64,000 bases of DNA from Armatimonadota bacterium. Its GTDB lineage: Bacteria > Armatimonadota > SYMT01. The position numbers and the translations under genes are program-made. The stretch is taken from assembly GCA_041690135.1 (NCBI GenBank), contig JAWLHY010000010.1, positions 160,001 through 224,000 of the forward strand. The letters are read 5' to 3'. The notes under the pieces are model-generated. The model had not been told where the DNA came from. It ran no database searches and saw only the letters and a program-made list of their open reading frames with translations. Within the stretch, counting starts at the first letter, position 1, and every line of letters starts with the position of its first letter. Below, one piece after another: positions 18,884-29,251 of this stretch.

Positions 18884-19813
18884 ATGTCCGTGGCAGCCAC
18901 TCATCCCAACACCCTCAAACCTGACGCTGCGACCCCGTCTCCGCTCCCCCGGCGGCGTTTCGGGAAAACGGGAGAATATGTCCCCGTGCTCGGCCTGGGC
19001 ACTGGGCCGGGCGGCATTGGATTGCCCGACGAACAGGCGATCCCCCTTTATGAGGCGGCGATTGACCAGGGGATCAGCTACCTCGACACGGCGCCGGGCT
19101 ACAACCGCGCCCACGCCCAATTGGGCCAGATTCTCCCCTCCCGCCGCGATGGGCTGTTCCTGGCTACTAAGTGTTTTGCCGCCACGGCCGAAGAGGCGCT
19201 GAGGATCCACGAGCAAAGCTTGCGCGACCTGCGCACCGACTGCGTGGACCTGCTCTACGCGCACTGCATCGGCTCCTTCGAACCCGAACAACTGCTGGCC
19301 CCGGACGGAGTCTTCGCCGGGTTGATCGAAGCGCGACGACGTGGGTGGACGCGCTACATCGGGTTCACGGCGCACCACCTCCCCGGCCGGGTTGAACGGG
19401 TGATGGCGGAAGTGCTGCGCGGCAACCTCGAGATCGACGCGGTGATGCTGGCGATGAACTATATTGACCGGCACACCTATGGCTTCGAGGAGCGCATTCG
19501 GCCCCTGGCGGAAAAGCTCGACCTGGGGATCGCCTGCATGAAGGTGTACGGCGGAACGCGGGCGATGGACTACGAGAAGAACCGCGACTCGGCCCTCGGC
19601 GAACGCAACCATCGGGAAGCATTCCGGTATGCGTTGGGCCTTCCCGGCATCTCCGTAGCCGTCGTCGGCATGTACACCCTGGAGGAAGTAGAGCAAAACA
19701 TCGCCTGGGCCCGTTCGTGGGAGCTCTTGACGGGCGAAGAGTTGGAACGGCTAACCGTCCAGGGGCGTGAGATCGCGTCCGAGTGGGGTCCCCACTTCGG
19801 GGATGTGGAGTAG
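18884..19813 (+). CDS. Aldo/keto reductase
   Basis: RRFGKTG, LGLGT, YLDTAPGY, LATK, DLLYAH, YIGFTAH, MKVYGG. Confidence 0.9.
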   Translation: MSVAATHPNTLKPDAATPSPLPRRRFGKTGEYVPVLGLGTGPGGIGLPDEQAIPLYEAAIDQGISYLDTAPGYNRAHAQLGQILPSRRDGLFLATKCFAATAEEALRIHEQSLRDLRTDCVDLLYAHCIGSFEPEQLLAPDGVFAGLIEARRRGWTRYIGFTAHHLPGRVERVMAEVLRGNLEIDAVMLAMNYIDRHTYGFEERIRPLAEKLDLGIACMKVYGGTRAMDYEKNRDSALGERNHREAFRYALGLPGISVAVVGMYTLEEVEQNIAWARSWELLTGEELERLTVQGREIASEWGPHFGDVE

Positions 19814-19973
19814 GCCGCCGGATCTTCAGGGTCTCGCAAGCAGCTCGGCAGGTGCGTGGGACCTCTGGCTGCAAGGCACTAACTCCGCGCCGCGTAGGAG
19901 GATGGCAGCCGGAGAACGAACAGGGGGCCGGAAACCCGGCCATTCTGGCCGGCCGTGTTGGGAGCTACGAACC

Positions 19974-21239
19974 ATGCCGCAATCCCTGGACCGACGGTCT
20001 CTACTCGCTTCCCTGGCTGCTATTGTGCCGTCCGGGAGCGCATTGGCACGCACACTGGCAGCGGCGCCTGAAGAGAACCTACCGCCGGTGCGAGCCATCA
20101 CACGGGGTCCGAAATTCCACTGGTTTGGCTATTACGACAAGCTGGAGATCGATCCCACGGGCCGCTACGTGCTGAGCAACGAGGTTGACTTCGAACACCG
20201 TTCGCCGACCCCCGACGAAGTGATCAAGGTCGGCATGGTTGACCTGCAAGACCACGACCGCTGGATCGAGTTGGGCGAAAGCCGGGCCTGGAACTGGCAG
20301 CAGGGGTGCATGCTGCAGTGGCTGCCGGGATCCAGGACGGAGGTCCTTTGGAACGACCGGGTTGGGGATCGCTTCGTTTGCCACATCCTGAACGTGAAGA
20401 CCGGCAAGAAACGGACCCTGCCGGCGCCGGTCTACACCGTGAGCCCGGATGGAAAGTGGGGTTTTTCCCCCGACTTCCGCCGCCTCAACGATACCCGACC
20501 CGGCTATGGCTACGCGGGTCTCCCGGACCCCAACCGGGAGGTGCTGGTCCCCGAGGACGCGGGCATCTGGAAGATCGACCTGCGAAGCGGTAAGGAGCAG
20601 TTGGTTCTCTCCCTTGCCGACGCGGCCCGGATCCCCTACACCAACGGAGACTGGACCGGAGCGAAGCACTGGTTCAACCACTTGCTGGTCAATACGGACG
20701 GAACGCGGTTCATCTTCCTCCACCGCTGGCGCGGGGCCAAGGAGGGGCGTGGATTTGCCACCCGTATGTTCACCGCCGGCACGAACGGGAAGGATCTCCA
20801 CGTGCTGGATCCTTACGGGCGCACTTCGCACTTCATCTGGCGCGACCCGGACCACGTGTTGGCGTGGGCGTTCCACCCCTCGCTCGGCAAAGACCGCTTC
20901 TTCCTCTACCGGGACCGCACGGACCGAGTGGAAGCCGTGGGCCCGGAGGTGATGACGGTCAATGGCCATTGCACCTATCTACCCGGGAACCGCTGGATCC
21001 TCAACGACACCTATCCGGACCGTGAACGTAAACAAAATCCCTATCTCTACGAAGTGATGAGTGGGAAACGAGTACCGCTAGGCCACTTCCATTCCCCTCC
21101 GGCCTATACCGGAGAGTGGCGCTGCGATACCCATCCCCGCTTTAGCCCCGACGGTACGAAAGTGGTGATCGACTCGCCACACGGGGGGAACGGTCGACAA
21201 CTTTACCTGATCGACATCAGCGAGATCGTCCGGAGTTGA
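19974..21239 (+). CDS. Tat-exported beta-propeller protein (TolB-like / oligogalacturonate lyase-like)
   Basis: DRRSLL twin-arginine signal; HWFGYYD, AWNWQQGCMLQW, WRCDTHPRFSPDG motifs. Confidence 0.75.
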   Translation: MPQSLDRRSLLASLAAIVPSGSALARTLAAAPEENLPPVRAITRGPKFHWFGYYDKLEIDPTGRYVLSNEVDFEHRSPTPDEVIKVGMVDLQDHDRWIELGESRAWNWQQGCMLQWLPGSRTEVLWNDRVGDRFVCHILNVKTGKKRTLPAPVYTVSPDGKWGFSPDFRRLNDTRPGYGYAGLPDPNREVLVPEDAGIWKIDLRSGKEQLVLSLADAARIPYTNGDWTGAKHWFNHLLVNTDGTRFIFLHRWRGAKEGRGFATRMFTAGTNGKDLHVLDPYGRTSHFIWRDPDHVLAWAFHPSLGKDRFFLYRDRTDRVEAVGPEVMTVNGHCTYLPGNRWILNDTYPDRERKQNPYLYEVMSGKRVPLGHFHSPPAYTGEWRCDTHPRFSPDGTKVVIDSPHGGNGRQLYLIDISEIVRS

Positions 21240-21251
21240 ACGGCTCGGCGG

Positions 21252-21680
21252 CTACTTCCGCCGAGCCAGGGCGAGCAGCAGCAGAGCCACCAGAAAGAAG
21301 GCTCCCATCCCGGCGTTCAACCAGGCAAGGACCAGCGACGCTCCCGTAAGCTCCAGCTTGACCGCGGGGGCTTCGACACTAACGCCCGCGAGGAGTGGGG
21401 CCGGCAGGCTCAAGAGAGCGAGCAGCGCACCGGTCCAGAGCGCCCATCGGCCTCTCATCCGAATGCCGTAGACCACCAGACCGCGGAGAAGCATCAGCCC
21501 AGCAGGCACGAGAACGGTCGCCCCGCGCACCGTGGCGTCCGAAGTGGCGAAGGTAACGATCGCCGCTGCGGTTGCCACAAGGGTCGCAGCGACTGCCGCT
21601 GTGAGGAGCAGGTTCCAGGCCAACTTACCGCGGCCAGGATCGGCGCCATCGCCGGGATGAATAGGAATTTCAGGTCTCAT
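21252..21680 (-). CDS. Hypothetical membrane protein (4 TM)
   Basis: Four hydrophobic segments, basic C-terminus. Confidence 0.6.
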   Translation of the reverse strand: MRPEIPIHPGDGADPGRGKLAWNLLLTAAVAATLVATAAAIVTFATSDATVRGATVLVPAGLMLLRGLVVYGIRMRGRWALWTGALLALLSLPAPLLAGVSVEAPAVKLELTGASLVLAWLNAGMGAFFLVALLLLALARRK

Positions 21681-21934
21681 GAGGGGTGGATACCACCGGG
21701 CGGGTTAAGGGTGACATGTTCCTCGTCGGGATTCCGGTCGCGCGAGTGCAGCCGCCTTGTTGCCCACCTGGCCGCGGAGGTCGCGACCGGAAATCCGGCA
21801 CGACTCCGGGCACGAGACTCACGCCTGCGAACGTATTCAATCGCGGTACCGCTCACCGCGAAAAGACACAGCTTCACGCCCGATTTTAAAGTGGGATTTA
21901 CTAAATTCCAGGCAGGCGAGGGGACTGTGTTTTC

Positions 21935-21963
21935 TTGACACCCTTAGAGGCCGTCAGTATAAT
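21935..21963 (+). promoter_or_regulatory. Perfect consensus sigma70 promoter of secDF
   Basis: TTGACA (21935-21940)-N17-TATAAT (21958-21963). Confidence 0.9.
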
Positions 21964-22082
21964 TGCGCGGATTCCTGGGGCGCTTCTCTGCTCGCCGCAG
22001 GCGCTATTTTACGTGTGAACCGGGCCAATTCCGCCCCCGTTCGAGTTATTGAATCCCGGAACGTGTCCATCAGGAGGACATT

Positions 22083-24938
22083 TTGAAAAAGGGCTTAAGC
22101 ATCCTTGCGCTGATTGCTCTAGCCGCGGCCGCCATCTGGTATAGCCTGACGCCACAGTTTCCGGTGGCATTGGGTCTGGACCTGAAGGGTGGTATGCGCG
22201 TTACGCTGGAGCCGGATCCGACCAAAGAAGGCGGAACCAACGTTCCCGCAGAGACCATGAAACAGGTGCGGGACGTTATCGAGAAACGGGTCAATAGCTT
22301 CGGATTGGCAGGGGCCGACGTCCGGCTGAAAAGCACGCTGGACGGTCAGCAGCAGATCCTGGTTCTCCTACCCGGCGCTCGGAATCCCGACGAAGCTTTG
22401 ACGCTCATCAGCACCGTGGCCCAGCTGGAGTTCCGGCACCTGCAGAACGTGCAGTCCGAGCGGAACCCGAGCGCCCGGTACAAGATGAACGTGGTCCCTG
22501 GTGATGCCGAGAGGGGCGAGCCGGACACGTACCAGTTCCTCGACACGGAGAACGGCAACAAAGAGGTGCCGCAGGAACAGGTCCTCGGCGAGAGCCAGCT
22601 GGTGGTGAAGGGCGACTCGCTCCGGGCCACCTCCGAAGCGCAGCTCAACCCGACGACGGCCCAGCCTTACGTTTCCTTCGAGTTCAAGCCTGATGGCGCC
22701 CGGGCGTTCGGTACGTTCACGACGGAGAGCGTGGATGAGATCCTGGCGGTGGTACTGGACAACAAGATCATCTCCGCCCCGACGATCAACGAGCCGATCA
22801 CGGATGGGCGCGGGCAGATCTCCGGTGGGTTCCGCAACATGGCGGAAGCCCGCGTCCTCGCCAATCTGCTGAACTCCGGCGCGCTCCCCATTCCGCTGCG
22901 GCCTGCGGAAACGCAGGTCGTGGGCGCCACCCTCGGGCAGGAGTCGATCGAGCGCAGCATCCAGGCCGGCCTGATCGGTCTCGGGCTCGTGCTGGTTTTC
23001 ATGCTGGCCTACTACTGGCTGCCGGGCCTGCTGGCGTGTCTCGCACTCGTCTTCTACGCGGCGCTGAACTTCGCCATCTTCAAGGGCCTGGGTATCTTCC
23101 CACCGATCGTACTGGACCTGCCGGGTATTACCGGTTTCATCCTGTCGGTCGGTATGGCGGTCGACGCCAACATCCTGATCTTCGAGCGCCTGAAGGAAGA
23201 ACTGAAGGCGGGCAAAAACATCCACGCCGCCGTGGACACCGGTTTCTCCCGCGCGTTTTCGGCGATCCTGGACTCCAACGTCACCACCTGGATCGTGTGC
23301 GCCATCCTGATCTGGCTGGGCGCGCCGATCATCAAGGGTTTCGCCATTACCCTGGCCATTGGTGTCGCGGTGTCGATGTTCACCGCCATCACGGTCACCC
23401 GCACCCTGCTGCACCTGGTGATGGACATGCCGTGGGCCCGCAATGAGAGACTTTACGGTCTCAACGTGAGCTGGATCGGCCTGTTCTTCCCGGCCTCTCG
23501 TCAGGGTGCCATTCTTCCCGTCTACAGCAAGCGGAAGGTCTATTACGGCCTCAGCATCCTCGCCGGCGTCGTTGCTCTCGCCTTCGCGGCCATGACCCCG
23601 TTCGGCATGGGCCTCAAGCCGGGTATCGACTTCACCGGCGGAACCGTGGTGGAGTCGGCCTTCTTCAATCCCAACGTCAACCGTGAAGAGGTGGTGAAGG
23701 CGCTGAGCACAGCGGGGGTCAATGAGGCCACCGTGAGCATCGCTCGCTCCGAACAGACCTGGACCCGCTTCGAGCTTTCCGCCAGCGGCGTGGACAACCC
23801 TGCCGAATCCGCCGTCCGCGACCGGCTGCCGCAGGCGGCGGACAACAACTTCGCGGCGGATCGCTTCCAGGGGACCCGCGAAGGCGAAACCTTCAAGGCG
23901 ACCGGCCTCTACACCGTCCCGGTAACCGAGGCGGACATCCGGCGGGCACTGGCCACACCGCTCTCCGCGGGAGACTCGGCCCTCAATCTGAAGGACCTCA
24001 AGATCACCGTCGCCCCCGAGCCGCGCACGGGTGAGAACGCCGTGGCGATTGCCCTGATCCAGTCCCAGCAACTCCGTCCGGAGCAGTTGGACGAGATCAA
24101 GACGCAGTTGGCTTCCGTGGGCGGGGGGATCGTCGATCCGCTTTATCAGGCGAACTCGATCGGTCCGTCGGTGGCTGCGGAAGTTACTGCCAACGCCTTC
24201 TGGTCCGTGGTGGTGGCTTCGCTCGCGATCGTTCTCTACCTCGCGTTCCGGTTCGCCATCGGCGGGTTCCTGAACGGTCTGAAGTTCGGAACCTGCGCGG
24301 TGATCGCGCTGGTTCACGACGTGGGTATCACCATCGGCCTGTTTGCCCTGATGGGGTGGCTGGCCGGGTGGCAGGTCGACAGTCTCTTCGTAACCGCGGC
24401 GCTGACGATCCTCGGCTTCTCGGTCCACGACACCATCGTGGTTTACGACCGAATCCGCGAGAACCTGCTTCACCGCCGCAAGGGTGAGACCTTTGCCGAG
24501 ATCAGCGACCGCAGTATCACCCAGACCTTCGACCGCTCGTTGAACACCTCGTTCACCGTGCTGCTGGTCATCGCCGCGTTGGTGGTCTTCGGTGGGGAGT
24601 CGATCCGCCTGTTCAACATCGCGCTGCTCTTCGGCGTGGCGATTGGGACCTACTCATCCATCTTCGTGGCGAGCCCGCTGGTGGTCTCTCTGGAGCAGCG
24701 GCTGGCCTCCCAGGAGACCCGTTCCGGAGCGGCCGCGGCGCCTCGCAGCTCCCGGCGGGATGACGCTCCGCTGACACCTGCCCGCCGGGAGCGGCCCAGC
24801 GCGCCCGCCACGTCCAGCCGCACGGCCACGGTCGAGCGCCCTGCCGTAGATACGGAGAGCGCCGCGGATACGGAGACGACCGGTGCGGATCGGTCGAAGT
24901 CGTCATCCATTAAGCCAAGGCGCAAACGACGCATGTAG
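22083..24938 (+). CDS. secDF: Fused protein translocase subunit SecDF
   Basis: LGLDLKGG, NSGALP, GMAVDANILIFER, DSNVTT, GIDFTGG, SIGPSV, HDTIVVYDRIREN; TTG start after AGGAGG. Confidence 0.97.
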   Translation: MKKGLSILALIALAAAAIWYSLTPQFPVALGLDLKGGMRVTLEPDPTKEGGTNVPAETMKQVRDVIEKRVNSFGLAGADVRLKSTLDGQQQILVLLPGARNPDEALTLISTVAQLEFRHLQNVQSERNPSARYKMNVVPGDAERGEPDTYQFLDTENGNKEVPQEQVLGESQLVVKGDSLRATSEAQLNPTTAQPYVSFEFKPDGARAFGTFTTESVDEILAVVLDNKIISAPTINEPITDGRGQISGGFRNMAEARVLANLLNSGALPIPLRPAETQVVGATLGQESIERSIQAGLIGLGLVLVFMLAYYWLPGLLACLALVFYAALNFAIFKGLGIFPPIVLDLPGITGFILSVGMAVDANILIFERLKEELKAGKNIHAAVDTGFSRAFSAILDSNVTTWIVCAILIWLGAPIIKGFAITLAIGVAVSMFTAITVTRTLLHLVMDMPWARNERLYGLNVSWIGLFFPASRQGAILPVYSKRKVYYGLSILAGVVALAFAAMTPFGMGLKPGIDFTGGTVVESAFFNPNVNREEVVKALSTAGVNEATVSIARSEQTWTRFELSASGVDNPAESAVRDRLPQAADNNFAADRFQGTREGETFKATGLYTVPVTEADIRRALATPLSAGDSALNLKDLKITVAPEPRTGENAVAIALIQSQQLRPEQLDEIKTQLASVGGGIVDPLYQANSIGPSVAAEVTANAFWSVVVASLAIVLYLAFRFAIGGFLNGLKFGTCAVIALVHDVGITIGLFALMGWLAGWQVDSLFVTAALTILGFSVHDTIVVYDRIRENLLHRRKGETFAEISDRSITQTFDRSLNTSFTVLLVIAALVVFGGESIRLFNIALLFGVAIGTYSSIFVASPLVVSLEQRLASQETRSGAAAAPRSSRRDDAPLTPARRERPSAPATSSRTATVERPAVDTESAADTETTGADRSKSSSIKPRRKRRM

Positions 24939-25159
24939 CGCGGCTTGCGCGGGTAGCGCACTTCGAATGTAGTGAAACGCGGCACTCCGGCGGTTGGCCG
25001 GAGTGCCGCTATGCCGATAAAACATGAGACGTGGAGCGAAGGGAGCGCAGGCCCCCATGTTCCACGTCTCATTTTTTGCGCCTCAAGCTGAATACCGGCC
25101 TCGCCCGTAGCGCTGCCTTCCGCGCGCGGCACGACCGGCTTCCGGACCCTGGACTCGTT

Positions 25160-26896
25160 ATGCCTGCGAAACGCTGGATTCTGCCCCCACCGCCCCACCC
25201 CGATTGCACATCGCTCGGCAGTCGTCTCGGTATCTCGCCGTTTGTTGCCGGGTTGCTCATGAGCCGTGGATTAGAATCCGAGGCCTCCGCACGGCGATTT
25301 CTGAACCCGGAGATGGATCAACTTCACGATCCGTTCCTGTTGCCCAACATCCAGCCCGCGATCGATCGGGTGACGGAGGCGATCCGGAAGGGCGAGAAAA
25401 TCCTCGTTCATGGGGACTACGACGTGGACGGAGTATGTGCCGCGGCATTGATGACGCGGGTGCTGCGGGTCCTCAAAGCGAACGTGGACGTATTTGTCCC
25501 CCATCGCCGGAAGGACGGGTACGACCTATCCGTGGAAACGGTCCAGCGATCCGCGCAGGAAGGGGTGAAGGTCATCATTACGGTGGACTGCGGCATCGTC
25601 GCCTTCCAGGCCGCGGAGGCCGCTCGCCAGGTGGGGATCGACCTCATCATTACCGACCACCACGAGCTCCATCCCGATGGCGACCAACCGAATGCACTTG
25701 CGGTGGTCAACCCCAAGCTTCCCGAGTCCGACTACCCCTTCCACGAACTCTGCGGCACTGGGGTGGCCTACAAGTTCTGCACGGCACTCGTTCAGCACCT
25801 CGGCGTTTCCTCTTCCGCGTTCCGGACCGCCTTCCTGGATCTGGTGGCACTGGCTACCTGCGCCGACTGTATGCCCCTGGTCGATGAGAACCGTATTTTT
25901 GTGCGGGCGGGCCTGGAAACACTCCGGAAGACGAACAAGGCGGGTCTGAAGGCACTTCTGCGCGTAGCGGGTCTGACACCCCAAACGGTGACTACCCGGA
26001 GTCTCGGTTTCGCTTTGGGGCCGCGGATCAATGCCATCGGACGATTGGATGCAGCTGAGCATGCCCTGAAGCTGATGTTGACGGCGGACCAGGCGGAAGC
26101 AGACGCCCTGGCCGAGCGGCTGGACCAGGCCAACCGCGACCGCCAGCAGGAGCAGGAGCGAATTCTGCAAGAGGCGCTCCGCCAGGCCGAACATTACATC
26201 GAAGATAAGATTCTTGTCCTGGCGTCTCCTCGCTGGCACCCGGGAATCATCGGAATCGTGGCGAGCAAGCTGACGGAGTCGTTATGCCGCCCCACGATCA
26301 TGGTCGCCATCGACGAGGATGAGGATAGCGCGCGTGGGTCGTGCCGCAGCGTAGAGGGCTTCCACATCTTTGAGGCTCTCAACGCCTGCCGCGACCTCCT
26401 GGTCCGCTGTGGCGGTCATCAGGCCGCGGCGGGGTTTGATATCCAGCCGGCGAAGTTGGACGAATTCCGCCAGGCGTTGCGGGAAGTGGCGGAGGCGTCG
26501 ATGGAAGAGGAGATGCTCCAGCCTTCCGTCAAAGTCGATGCCGAGTTGCCGTTGGCGGCACTCGACCTGAAGCTGGCTCGCGAGCTGGCGTTGCTGGAGC
26601 CCTACGGACAGGGCAATCCGGAGCCGGTCTTCGTCACCCACGGCCTGGACGTGGTACAGCAGTGGAGACTGAACAATCGCGCCTCACAGGCGGTCGACCA
26701 CCTCAAGCTACGGCTGCGCCACCCGGCCCACTCCGGAGGCCTGGAAGCTCTCTTCTGGAGGGCGTGGGGCCGTGCCGAGGAGTGCCCGCCCAACAGCCGG
26801 ATCGATGCGTGCTTCACGTTGGGTGTGAATACCTTCAACGGAAACCAGAGCGTCCAACTCAGCCTCCTCGACCTGCGAGCCTGCCCGGGAGGATGA
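25160..26896 (+). CDS. recJ: ssDNA-specific exonuclease RecJ
   Basis: GDYDVDG, ITVDCG, TDHH, GPRINAIGR, GSCRS, GGHQAAAG, EPYGQGNPEP. Confidence 0.96.
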   Translation: MPAKRWILPPPPHPDCTSLGSRLGISPFVAGLLMSRGLESEASARRFLNPEMDQLHDPFLLPNIQPAIDRVTEAIRKGEKILVHGDYDVDGVCAAALMTRVLRVLKANVDVFVPHRRKDGYDLSVETVQRSAQEGVKVIITVDCGIVAFQAAEAARQVGIDLIITDHHELHPDGDQPNALAVVNPKLPESDYPFHELCGTGVAYKFCTALVQHLGVSSSAFRTAFLDLVALATCADCMPLVDENRIFVRAGLETLRKTNKAGLKALLRVAGLTPQTVTTRSLGFALGPRINAIGRLDAAEHALKLMLTADQAEADALAERLDQANRDRQQEQERILQEALRQAEHYIEDKILVLASPRWHPGIIGIVASKLTESLCRPTIMVAIDEDEDSARGSCRSVEGFHIFEALNACRDLLVRCGGHQAAAGFDIQPAKLDEFRQALREVAEASMEEEMLQPSVKVDAELPLAALDLKLARELALLEPYGQGNPEPVFVTHGLDVVQQWRLNNRASQAVDHLKLRLRHPAHSGGLEALFWRAWGRAEECPPNSRIDACFTLGVNTFNGNQSVQLSLLDLRACPGG

Positions 26897-26954
26897 ATAT
26901 GAGAAGTGCAGGGTAGGGAGCCACTTGCACCGATTCGTCGTTGGATCCTGTAAG

Positions 26955-26993
26955 TAGAACAAGCCCGGCAGCTCGGCTGCCGGGCTTGTTCTA
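26955..26993. terminator. Bidirectional terminator-like hairpin
   Basis: TAGAACAAGCCCGGCAGC-TCG-GCTGCCGGGCTTGTTCTA, perfect 18-bp stem. Confidence 0.75.
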
Positions 26994-27026
26994 TGCAATC
27001 AGGCGTATCTTGCCGCCTTGAGAAGT

Positions 27027-27278
27027 TCAGTTTCGCGTTGCCCGCAAAGATTGGACCTCGTAATTCATGCAGATCGCGGCAATCTCGCTAAGCATTGAGC
27101 GCTCGATCCCCTCCAACTCCCCCTTCAGCTCACTGGGGCTCATAGCACCCGCGCGCCCGCGTAGGTTCGCGGCAGCCACTCGGCCGTCCCGGAATACTTC
27201 CACGATGAGCTTCAAAGCCTCTTGCGCGGCAGTCGGTTCAAGATCCTGGACCAGGTCCGCAAGCTGGGTCGCTTCCAT
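27027..27278 (-). CDS. Hypothetical helical protein (83 aa) downstream of sigH
   Basis: ATG start, amphipathic helical sequence, fills the gap between sigH and the terminator. Confidence 0.6.
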   Translation of the reverse strand: MEATQLADLVQDLEPTAAQEALKLIVEVFRDGRVAAANLRGRAGAMSPSELKGELEGIERSMLSEIAAICMNYEVQSLRATRN

Positions 27279-27347
27279 TTGACTGCTTCAGCCCCTTATC
27301 ACCTCTTGCCGGGTTGCCGGCAAGGTACCGGCCCACCGGCTCGACGT

Positions 27348-28025
27348 TCAGACCACAAACGGCCATTCAACACCCTCATCCGTGGCCGCGGTGACTTTCC
27401 GCTTGATTCGCATGAGAGCGTTATCGACCGACTTGGTCTTGCAGTGGAGCTCGCGAGCGATCTCCCGGTAGGACTTACCCATCTGATAGCCGGAGAGAAC
27501 CGACCACTCGAATTCACTGAGCATCTGGTGCAGCAGTGCCCTCAGGCGGCGGGTATCTTCCGTCCGCAGCATCACTTCTTCCGGGTCCAGTTCGTCGTCC
27601 GACTGGAGCACGTCGCCCATGTTCCACTCGGTAGATTCATCATCAGCCGGGATCTCCAGCGACAGTGAGGTGTTCAACGGCACCTGCTTCTGGCGCGTGG
27701 CGGCCTTAATGGCCGTGATGATGTGCCGGTGGATACACACTTTGGCGAACGCCGGGAACGATGTCGCCTTATCGTGCCTGTAATCGATGATTGCCTGCCA
27801 CAGGCCGATCATCCCAACCTGAAGCAGGTCCTCCCGCTCGGCGCCAACCAGGAAGTAAGACTTCACCTTACTGCGTACCAGGTTCCGGTACTTGTACAGC
27901 AGATGCTCTGCGGCATCCTGGCGGCCCTTCTGGGCGAATTCCACAACCGTACTGTCGGCCATCCGCTCGTAGTGCGGGTGATTGGCCGCCGCGGCCTCAT
28001 CAAGTGGATCGAACAATTCCCTCAT
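27348..28025 (-). CDS. sigH: RNA polymerase sigma factor SigH-like
   Basis: KSYFLVGAEREDLLQVGMIGL, ITAIKAATRQKQVPLN, LSEFE, SYREIA, KSVDNALMRIKRK, all characteristic of Bacillus/Clostridium SigH. Confidence 0.92.
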   Translation of the reverse strand: MRELFDPLDEAAAANHPHYERMADSTVVEFAQKGRQDAAEHLLYKYRNLVRSKVKSYFLVGAEREDLLQVGMIGLWQAIIDYRHDKATSFPAFAKVCIHRHIITAIKAATRQKQVPLNTSLSLEIPADDESTEWNMGDVLQSDDELDPEEVMLRTEDTRRLRALLHQMLSEFEWSVLSGYQMGKSYREIARELHCKTKSVDNALMRIKRKVTAATDEGVEWPFVV

Positions 28026-28215
28026 CCCTGATTCGAAACGGTCAATGTCCAGAATCCGGGCATCTCCAAAGACACCCTGAGGGCGCGAAACTCACCGCTT
28101 GGACAACCGCAATTGGGACTCGGTTGCAATCACGTTCCGTGGTCTAAGCTTCGCGATGTATCGTGGGGAAGGACCCAACGCACACCGTGCGCCGACCGCC
28201 TTAAGTTGTGGGAAG

Positions 28216-28241
28216 GTTCGACACTGGGGAGAGAGGTTCCT
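28216..28241 (-). promoter_or_regulatory. Candidate SigH-type promoter upstream of sigH
   Basis: Minus strand AGGAACCTCTCTCCCCAGTGTCGAAC resembles the SigH pattern AGGA-N17/18-GAAT. Confidence 0.4.
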
Positions 28242-28315
28242 ACCCACCCTTCAGTTTTTTTTGGCGACAGGGGTGGGAGCGATCAAAGGCGATCCTCGCA
28301 GCAGAGCTGCAAAGT

Positions 28316-28513
28316 TCAGTCTTTCCCCTTGGGTGGACGCAACGCGGTCAACTGCGCGGCAATGACGCAGGCCAACACCAGGAGCAATCCTAGCACTGCT
28401 TGCTCGTAAGTGAAGTTGTCGTAGTACCCGGCGTTCTTCACCACCGACTGCAGCACGGGGACGCCTATCAGGAACAGGACAACGCCAATTACCAGCCCAA
28501 TCAGGGTACGCAC
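28316..28513 (-). CDS. Small 2-TM membrane protein
   Basis: Two hydrophobic helices, basic tail, co-directional with operon. Confidence 0.6.
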   Translation of the reverse strand: MRTLIGLVIGVVLFLIGVPVLQSVVKNAGYYDNFTYEQAVLGLLLVLACVIAAQLTALRPPKGKD

Positions 28514-28540
28514 GGAATTCTTGCTCGAAGTAAACCTGGG

Positions 28541-29218
28541 CTAGCCATCGACCGTTTTGAGGTTCCGACCGGCCTGCGCGGAAGCATCCAGAAGACTGTA
28601 AAGCCAGACCAGCACCCCCAGTATTCCGAGGGCGGCCAGAAACTGATTGATGCTCTCCCCGCGCGGCAGCCCGCCGGAGAAAGCAACCAAGAGCTTGACC
28701 AACTCGCCGCTGCCGAAGACGAGGGAGATCAACCCAATCGCGAGCAGGATTCCGCCCTTGACCCGCTGTCCCAGGAACAACTGCCCCACACCGGGACAGA
28801 GGAGTGAGAACAGGGTGGCGATGGTGGCGTTCCGCTTTCGCTCCGACTTGCGGGAGGGACTGTTCAGGAGCATCTGCGCGGCGATCCGCTCCTGTTCCTC
28901 CTCGCCGATCATCAACGCGGTGCGTGCAATCTTTTCTTCCAGCGAGGCCCTCTCGGGAGCGGCCGCAAAGGCTTTCCGGTAGAGCGCGGCGGCATCCCGG
29001 TAACTCCCTTTCTCCACGAGAAGGTCGCCCAGCATTTCCACGCCCATCACGTCATCGGGGGCGAGCTCCAGCGCCTTGCGACAGAGGGTTTCGGCGGGGA
29101 CCCACTGTCCACGCAGCCGCTGGATGTGCGCCTGCCGAAGCAGTTGCTCCACCCGGGCGGCTTTTCCCTCCGCCGTTTCGCTCGCTGAACCGCCCCCAGG
29201 AGTTACATCGTCCATCAC
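28541..29218 (-). CDS. TPR-repeat membrane protein
   Basis: TPR-like helices (KALELAPDD, AAALYRKAF); C-terminal SLLCPGVGQLFLGQ..KG TM2-like hairpin. Confidence 0.8.
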   Translation of the reverse strand: MMDDVTPGGGSASETAEGKAARVEQLLRQAHIQRLRGQWVPAETLCRKALELAPDDVMGVEMLGDLLVEKGSYRDAAALYRKAFAAAPERASLEEKIARTALMIGEEEQERIAAQMLLNSPSRKSERKRNATIATLFSLLCPGVGQLFLGQRVKGGILLAIGLISLVFGSGELVKLLVAFSGGLPRGESINQFLAALGILGVLVWLYSLLDASAQAGRNLKTVDG

Positions 29219-29251
29219 CCATGCTCCGCCGACACCAACCGCCTGACAGGT

